From a virus (taxonomy: Duplodnaviria; Caudoviricetes), in IMG/VR virus record IMGVR_UViG_3300022719_000026, positions 1 through 48,786 of that record: a stretch of DNA of 48,786 nt; one strand, written 5' to 3'. A program made the translations under genes and the position numbers. The stretch's first letter is position 1, and every line of letters starts with the position of its first letter. The notes beneath the pieces are model-generated. The model ran no database searches, was not told the DNA's origin, and saw only the letters and a program-made list of their open reading frames with translations. Shown here in pieces: positions 44,001 through 48,786 of this stretch.

Positions 44001-46174
44001 ACAAGCTGCGCAACATGCTGGACCGCGATGGCCTCGACAGCATCACCGAGGAGATCGCCTCGGAGGTCGACGCCAACCTGAAGAAGATTCTCCCGCGCCC
44101 GTCCGAGGACGTGGCCGAGCTGACCGATGTGTCGGCCATCCGCACGATGGTCGATCGATCGGTGGACACGATGCGCAGGCACGGGGTCAACTTGTCGAAC
44201 ATCCTCCTCAACGCAGAGAGCGTGCTGCGCCGGATCGACGGATGGAAGAACAACGGGCCGGCGGCGACGTTCATTAAGCACGGGATCGACCGCGCGTACA
44301 GCGAGGGTTACCTCCCGGGGCAGGTCGGGTACAAGCCGAGGAGCAGGGTCGAGAGCGAGCGGCTGAATCAGATCATCGACATGATCCCGCTTAGCGAGCG
44401 CCGGCTGCTGTGGAGAGAGCAAGACATACCCGGCGTGCATCGCAGGCTGTCGAGAGCGGAGCAGATCGCAGTGGTGCTCAACATGGGTAACGCGGAGAAC
44501 ATCCGCGCGCTGACCGAGGGACCGAACGGAAAGCCGGGTCAGTTCACGGAGGCGGAGCTTCGGGCCATCGTCAATCACGTGCCAAAGCGCTATCTCGACT
44601 TCGCGCAGGCGGTGTGGGACTTCTTCGAGAGCTTCCGTCCCGAGCTTCAGGAGACAGTGCGCAGGCGCCAGAACCGGAACATGGTGATGGTCGAGGCGCT
44701 GCCGCTGGAGACTCGCCACGGGACGTACAGGGGCGGCTTCTTCCCGCTCCAGTACGACAGCGAGCGGGGTGTGACCGCCGGTATCACGGGAAGTATTGAC
44801 GTAGAGGACGCGCGCGACATGATGCTACGCGGGGGCTTCTCGGTCGCGCACACGCGAGACGGGCACACTCAGACGCGAGTGGGGTCAGGCGGTCGCCCGG
44901 TGAAGCTCGATCCATTCACCATCAACCGTCACCTCGACCAGCTCGTGTACGACCTGGAGATGGGCGACGCGGTCTACGACAGCTACCGGGTGATCCACAA
45001 CCCGCGCGTGCGGCAGGCGTTCACCGATGCTGGACTGCCTCAGCTGTGGGACGCGCTCGACCTGTGGCACGGGGACGTTGTCACCGGAGAGCTGCACCGG
45101 GGCGGACTCATCGAGTCCTCGTTCCGCTACGTGCGCGTCGGCACCACGCTGAGCAAGCTCGGGTTCAACTTCGCGGTCGCCATGCTCCAGCCGCTCGGCC
45201 TGCTCCAGAGCGTCGTCATGGTGGGCAAGCGCAACATGGCGATCGGTACGATGCAGTTCCTGCGAAACCCGATGGCAGTGGCGCGCTGGGTGAACGAGCA
45301 GTCGCCGTTCATGGAGGCGCGCACGCAGGAGTTCAACAAGGAAATCCACCTCGCGCACCAGAACCTCCGCGCCGGGATGCTGGAGCGCATCGGCGGGCGC
45401 GACTTCGCGGGCCACGTGGCCGACTCCATGATGTTTTTCATAACCAAGACACAGCGGTTCACCGACCTGTCGACGTGGATGGGCGCCTACCGACAGGGGA
45501 TGCGTGAGTTCAAGGGCAACCACGAGCAGGCGAGGATGCACGCGGAGCGCATGGTCGAGCGCACGCAGGGAAGCGGCGTGTTCCATCAGCGCACGGGATT
45601 CGAGCGCGGGACGGTGAGCCGTAACATCAGGAACACGGAGTTTGTGCGAGGACACTCGCTGTTCCTCTCCTACTTCGCAGCGAAACTGAACGTAGCCTAC
45701 GAGCGGACGAAGAAGGTCGACTTCAAGGACCCGTGGAGTGTCGTCAACTATCCTGTCGACCTCGCTCTGCTCTACTTCGTGGAGGGGTTCGTTATAGCCC
45801 TCGTGGACCAAGCGTTTGGGGACGAGGATGACGAGGACTTCGCCGACAGCATGGTCTCGGGGACGATGGAGGAAGCAGCTAAGAGCTTCTTTGCTGGCTT
45901 CCCTGTCGTACGTGAAGGGGTGAGCAGGGCGCAAAGATTCCCTACTGGTCCGTCGGCAGTAAGGTTCGTGGGCGACGTGGGTGAGATGGTGAGAGAGGTG
46001 AGCCAGGGAGACCTGGATCGCGCCGCCGCGCGAGATATCGCGAACGTGGTGGGCGTGCTGACGAAGCTACCGACAGGACAGGTGGTTAATAAGACGGGTG
46101 ACGCGGTCTACGAAGACTATCTGTGGGACGACACCGAGTGGTGGGAGTATCTCACTGGACCCGAGAGACGCTAG
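41012..46174 (+). CDS. Large internal virion (ejection) protein, gp16-like (1720 aa)
   Basis: Size, position, helical composition, YRGGFFPLQYD motif; two in-frame palindrome copies. Confidence 0.7.
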   Translation: MPFISDPDERRRGLLRDLTALPPVVETPRAPRRNSAVPVLEVSRDTNPDEEARKRRTAEAAGVPAEAAESAPEDVEAAARRKAFLSDLDEATATTRFLTNPKNARVAHDSVRELSFIEGLANSLARGILGIQQGVRQAQAESEYEDVLDVGRSYLEILEDAGDHELDRGPLAHMEALYRWATSRVSERETQVGQFVRAQRSVGELVEQTAATPMSGRARKWKESVEEADTVLDKVVAVVSDPVGMGAFSAEVGAEFIPQLIAAGAVTAATRSPAAGAGAMGLASGATERYRSPAEFLSDAGVDSTDPEAVRELLRDERTFVEAQEYGATRGKIIGILDALSGGIAGKALANNPLGDLALQTIVQMAMGGGGEALAQKATRGEIDIDEVIFEAVGEFATTPVEVVAVGGRMLGKRASTVARAKDALDASRAESTVEQTDALAKAVQDSPVTERSPETAADHVSTVLADAGVEEVFVPSDALLEVEDADQLVSDLGVADQMEDAEAYGGDVRVGAREFAQHVLANPERYQALREHVRLDAEGLTLTEAGEVTEADAVEEGTEAIAAAAEEVSRDTSESAHTIQADDESVGLAEHEAGVGLMFRSAEEAGFTETQYASYVEAEMRTHTEAARRKERRRLKREERRLSDEYKAAREELRPEVEESVAQQPLYNALNGIGRERFDRARVVELLGGNEEALARLPKQSGRAIYTQKGQSGIGPDMHADVYGFSGGDTLLYSMLDRPSQQEAVEAELTRRVEERHPTLVSERGEVREAMEALHEGDQHSQVLAFELARLRQMRGQKRISRSLIRARARRVLSNRRVGEIRPPALETLQRREGRRAAKALRAGDLEAAARHKLNQAVAHEMTREAYKVRDELAKGRQRFRRYLKRGRERGKQGGLPIEFRERIQDLLGAFQFGRRKGSSRRLQRALDQPDVPRRPGEELEAWTARKKEEEGIVIPLGPTVTEADGSTHWENLTLRQWRELHNAVRDIETAGREANKLRNMLDRDGLDSITEEIASEVDANLKKILPRPSEDVAELTDVSAIRTMVDRSVDTMRRHGVNLSNILLNAESVLRRIDGWKNNGPAATFIKHGIDRAYSEGYLPGQVGYKPRSRVESERLNQIIDMIPLSERRLLWREQDIPGVHRRLSRAEQIAVVLNMGNAENIRALTEGPNGKPGQFTEAELRAIVNHVPKRYLDFAQAVWDFFESFRPELQETVRRRQNRNMVMVEALPLETRHGTYRGGFFPLQYDSERGVTAGITGSIDVEDARDMMLRGGFSVAHTRDGHTQTRVGSGGRPVKLDPFTINRHLDQLVYDLEMGDAVYDSYRVIHNPRVRQAFTDAGLPQLWDALDLWHGDVVTGELHRGGLIESSFRYVRVGTTLSKLGFNFAVAMLQPLGLLQSVVMVGKRNMAIGTMQFLRNPMAVARWVNEQSPFMEARTQEFNKEIHLAHQNLRAGMLERIGGRDFAGHVADSMMFFITKTQRFTDLSTWMGAYRQGMREFKGNHEQARMHAERMVERTQGSGVFHQRTGFERGTVSRNIRNTEFVRGHSLFLSYFAAKLNVAYERTKKVDFKDPWSVVNYPVDLALLYFVEGFVIALVDQAFGDEDDEDFADSMVSGTMEEAAKSFFAGFPVVREGVSRAQRFPTGPSAVRFVGDVGEMVREVSQGDLDRAAARDIANVVGVLTKLPTGQVVNKTGDAVYEDYLWDDTEWWEYLTGPERR

Positions 46175-46176
46175 GG

Positions 46177-46185
46177 TGTTAGAAT
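46177..46185 (+). promoter_or_regulatory. Possible extended -10 promoter (TGTTAGAAT) for the lysis/tail-appendage genes
   Basis: Intergenic TGnTAGAAT, 5 nt upstream of the palindrome at 46191. Confidence 0.4.
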
Positions 46186-46222
46186 CGACGGGTATCACGT
46201 GATACCCCACAAGGAGTCGCGA

Positions 46223-46486
46223 GTGCCAACCAGCGAGCAACAGAGGCAGCTTGACACCGAGGCGCTCGCGATGGCGTCGAAGGCGCTCGCTCTGATCGAG
46301 AAGCACGAGCACGACTGCCAGATAGACAGAGCTGAAGCGTTGGCGGACCGAAAGGACATGCGGAGTTCAGTGCGCAGGATGCACGAGCGTATAGACAAGC
46401 TGATGGTGGTCACGATGATGACTCTCGCGAGCGCGATCGGCGGGTTACTCATCCTCGTGCTGTCGTGGATCGGACCGGGAGGCTAG
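46223..46486 (+). CDS. Small membrane protein (coiled coil plus C-terminal TM), holin/XhlA-like
   Basis: RBS aaggag plus GTG; C-terminal hydrophobic helix; precedes the lysozyme. Confidence 0.6.
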   Translation: MPTSEQQRQLDTEALAMASKALALIEKHEHDCQIDRAEALADRKDMRSSVRRMHERIDKLMVVTMMTLASAIGGLLILVLSWIGPGG

Positions 46487-46491
46487 CGAGG

Positions 46492-47028
46492 ATGACACGG
46501 CAGGTAAGCAAGACGCTGAAGGCGTACCTCGCTACGCGCGAGAGCGCGCGGCTAGACGTTCATGACGACGGGTTCGGGTTCGCGACGGTCGGCGTGGGCC
46601 ACAAGGTTCTCGACAGGGACAAGCTCAGGATCGGGGACACGATCACCACCGAGCGCATGTACCAGCTTCTCGACGAGGACCTGGAGTGGGCGTGCGAGGC
46701 GGTCGAGCGGTACGTGCGGGCTTACCTGTACCAGCGCGAGTTCGACGCGCTCGTGTGCTTCTGCTTCAACATCGGGCAGGCGGCATTCGCCGGCTCGACG
46801 CTGGTGAGGCGCCTGAACGAGCTGGCGGATACCCCGGGTCTCCGGAACCCGATGGAGCTGCGCGACAGAGTCGCCTGCACCATCGTGAGGGAGGAGCTGC
46901 CCCGCTGGAAGCGCGTCGGTAGCAACCCGGACGTGGTCGGCCTCTACAATCGGCGCATCGACACCGCGCAGATGTTCTGCGAGGGCGACTACAGCGTGGA
47001 CTGGAGCGGGTTGGAAGACCAGCGATAG
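46492..47028 (+). CDS. Endolysin, GH24 lysozyme
   Basis: E-x8-D-x5-T triad (RESARLDVHDDGFGFATVGVGH), FDALV.F.FNIG, GLYNRR. Confidence 0.88.
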   Translation: MTRQVSKTLKAYLATRESARLDVHDDGFGFATVGVGHKVLDRDKLRIGDTITTERMYQLLDEDLEWACEAVERYVRAYLYQREFDALVCFCFNIGQAAFAGSTLVRRLNELADTPGLRNPMELRDRVACTIVREELPRWKRVGSNPDVVGLYNRRIDTAQMFCEGDYSVDWSGLEDQR

Positions 47029-47056
47029 GTATCACGTGATACCCACGGAGACTGAC

Positions 47057-47794
47057 ATGAGCGATATCATCCTCTGGCTGGCCCTCGTCATTCTGGCGCT
47101 GGCCGCCGCCCACGCCCTCTGGCTTCGGTTCCAGTACCACGTGCGCGAGCGCAACCGTCACCCGCACTTTCGCGAGTTCCTTCGCTCTCGCGCGCTCCAG
47201 CATGCGCTCGACGTGGGTGCGACGGGCCGCGGCCGGGAGCAGAAGGTGCGCAAGCGCGCGCCTTGGTGGCGAGCGCCGTGGCTAGAGTTCTGCCTGCGCT
47301 TGCGGGTCGCGAGGGACGCCGGGCTCGGAGTGTTGACCTTGCGGGGCAAGAGCGCGCCGGTGGGTCGGCTGTTCGTGCGCGTGCGAAGGCGAGACGGTAC
47401 GGTCGAGGACCACGGGCTAGTTTCGACCAAGGTCGTCACCGACGCTGGCGTGGCCGCGATGGTCGACGCCTTTCAGGATTCGTTCGAGCTGGAGACCTTC
47501 AAGTACCACGGGATCGGTACCGACAGCACGACGGAGGCCGCCGGCGACACGGCGCTCGGGACCGAGGTCGAGACCAGGGCCACGGGCACCACGACGGAGG
47601 GCGCGAGCGCCAACATCTACCGGACAGTCGGAGAGGTGACGACGGCGAGCGCGCGTGCAGTGGTGGAGCACGGCATCTTCTCGGCATCGTCGAGCGGAAC
47701 ACTCCTCGACCGCAGTGTCTTCAGCGTCATCAACACGGGCGCCGGGGACAGCATCGAGTTCACCTACGAGCTGACGATTCCGGCCGGTAGCTAG
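47057..47794 (+). CDS. Tail-fibre/collar-type domain protein with N-terminal hydrophobic helix
   Basis: VVTDAG, GIGT.ST......TAL..E, EHGIF....GTLLDR.VF..IN...DSIEFTY; RBS ggag. Confidence 0.6.
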   Translation: MSDIILWLALVILALAAAHALWLRFQYHVRERNRHPHFREFLRSRALQHALDVGATGRGREQKVRKRAPWWRAPWLEFCLRLRVARDAGLGVLTLRGKSAPVGRLFVRVRRRDGTVEDHGLVSTKVVTDAGVAAMVDAFQDSFELETFKYHGIGTDSTTEAAGDTALGTEVETRATGTTTEGASANIYRTVGEVTTASARAVVEHGIFSASSSGTLLDRSVFSVINTGAGDSIEFTYELTIPAGS

Positions 47795-47952
47795 AGAGTC
47801 TACATGAGCTACACTCTCCTTCCAACACTCGTCCAGCCCCGCCTCAACGCGGGGGAGGAGTAGGCCATGCCGCCGATCCCGAGGAAGACAACGCACACGA
47901 TTCTGTCCCGGGAACTCGAGGAGTTCCTGGGGCGCATCGAGTCAATCCGTGG

Positions 47953-48039
47953 GACCGCTCGGTGTTCTCCGCGATCAACCTCGGGAATGGTGACGGTATC
48001 GAGTTCACCTACGAGCTGACGATTCCGAGCGGCAGCTAA
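47953..48039 (+). pseudogene. Orphan 3' fragment homologous to the end of 47057..47794
   Basis: Encodes DRSVFSAINLGNGDGIEFTYELTIPSGS* versus DRSVFSVINTGAGDSIEFTYELTIPAGS*; 30 bp identical (47753-47782 = 47998-48027). Confidence 0.8.
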
Positions 48040-48114
48040 GGACATAAGACGATGAACCCGAAGGCGCTACGCAGCGTCATCCAGCCCCGGATAGACGCGG
48101 TCGAGGAGTAGACG

Positions 48115-48597
48115 ATGCCCGTAGTCTCCTCGAAGATCGCCTACGACAAGCCGCGCGACAGCGGGATGCGGCAGATCCGCGAGGATCACACGCTGCACGA
48201 CGGCACGGCGCACCCCCCGGTCAAGTATCTCGCGGCGCCCGGACAGGATGTAGAGGCGATCATGCGCGCGCGGGTACCGGAGATCGACAAGCGTCTCAAG
48301 CGTCGCGAACTGCGCCAGGTCGACGCGGCGCTGCGCGCAGGTCGGAATCCGCTTGCCGAGCCACTCGTGGAGGCGTCCCGCGCGGAGGTCCTGCGCGATC
48401 AGATCGAGCGGTACAAGAGCAGCGACGACGTGCGCCACTTGCGTCGTATCTACGCGCTGATCGCGCGGGTCTCGGACTCGGAGATACAGGCGCTCGGCTA
48501 CAAGCCGCAGGTCGTGCGGGCGAAGCTCGCGGAGGCGAAGTCCGCGGCTGACTCCCTCGACGGCTACGTTCCCCCCGGCGACGAGGTGAGCGCATGA
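48115..48597 (+). CDS. Hypothetical protein (160 aa)
   Basis: RBS gaggag plus ATG; stop overlaps the next start. Confidence 0.65.
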   Translation: MPVVSSKIAYDKPRDSGMRQIREDHTLHDGTAHPPVKYLAAPGQDVEAIMRARVPEIDKRLKRRELRQVDAALRAGRNPLAEPLVEASRAEVLRDQIERYKSSDDVRHLRRIYALIARVSDSEIQALGYKPQVVRAKLAEAKSAADSLDGYVPPGDEVSA

Positions 48598-48786
48598 CCA
48601 CGCGGTACCTCGGCGGGGGCGACAACTCCAGCCCGACGACCGACCCGGGGACAGGCGGGGATTGGTCGAGCAGCCACGACACCTGGGCGAACGCGATATC
48701 TGCGATGGCTGTCGGGGACACGCTGATCGTCAAGGCAGATTACGCCGAAGGGGGTATGAGCGGCGCCTTGGGCTTCCCTGGGAGTA
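48594..48786 (+). CDS. 5' part of the gene continuing at 1..1248
   Basis: RBS gaggt plus ATG at 48594, open through the terminal overlap. Confidence 0.7.
   Translation, partial: MTTRYLGGGDNSSPTTDPGTGGDWSSSHDTWANAISAMAVGDTLIVKADYAEGGMSGALGFPGS
48660..48786. repeat. Terminal direct repeat, identical to 1..127
   Basis: Exact 127-nt match. Confidence 0.95.

Larger units (their letters stand above)
2159..47043. repeat. Dispersed perfect palindrome (G)GTATCACGTGATAC(C), about 30 copies genome-wide
   Basis: Copies (14/16-mer) start at about 2159, 4281, 6933, 8168, 9399, 11587, 13141, 14198, 15750, 16891, 17775*, 19386*, 19612*, 20091, 20405, 20757, 21679, 22045#, 22784, 24282, 25603, 27614, 29366, 31434, 33969, 37836, 41134, 42715, 46191, 47028. 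* = GCTATCACGTGATAGC variant; # = central CACATG variant. Confidence 0.97.

Noticed and set aside
44780-44788. Half sites such as GGTATCACG (44780) and CACGTGATACC (18916)
   Set aside because: Incomplete; could be decayed or nascent sites or chance, so not counted in the array
2159-47043. Palindrome as a lambda-type CI/Cro operator (TATCAC half-sites) or eukaryotic E-box (CACGTG)
   Set aside because: Lambda operators have a spacer between half-sites and cluster at promoters; no CI or bHLH gene seen; similarity probably coincidental
47708-48039. Diverged repeat as the VR/TR pair of a diversity-generating retroelement (as in BPP-1)
   Set aside because: Differences are not adenine-specific, many are synonymous, and no reverse transcriptase ORF is present
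1-48786. tRNA, rRNA, integrase, transposase or RNA polymerase genes
   Set aside because: None recognisable by eye; tRNAscan and HMM searches are needed to exclude them formally

Overview
This window is a complete, circularly permuted genome (about 48,659 bp; bases 1-127 recur exactly at 48660-48786) of a high-GC tailed phage with a podovirus-type virion module resembling epsilon15/BPP-1. The plus arm (about 24.96 kb, through the contig junction, to 2.8 kb) encodes TerS, TerL, portal, scaffold, capsid, cement/staple proteins, tail tube A/B, ejection proteins, lysis genes and a tail-appendage module. The minus arm (24.0 to 2.9 kb) encodes small early genes, an iteron-rich candidate origin, Prim-Pol/AAA helicase, SNF2 helicase, DUF2800 nuclease, DUF2815 SSB, family A DNA polymerase, MT-A70 methyltransferase and a RuvC-like resolvase. 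I recognised no integrase, CI-like repressor or ParA/ParB gene. The outstanding unexplained feature is a perfect palindrome, (G)GTATCACGTGATAC(C), present about 30 times around the whole genome, never more than about 3.9 kb apart. It lies between genes, in frame inside essential genes, and twice supplies a stop codon. Its 14-bp core differs from the canonical bacterial parS core by one symmetric base pair. Two paralogous basic proteins with a DUF3102-like motif are the best phage-encoded candidate binders. All family calls come from motif recognition by eye; no database search was run.
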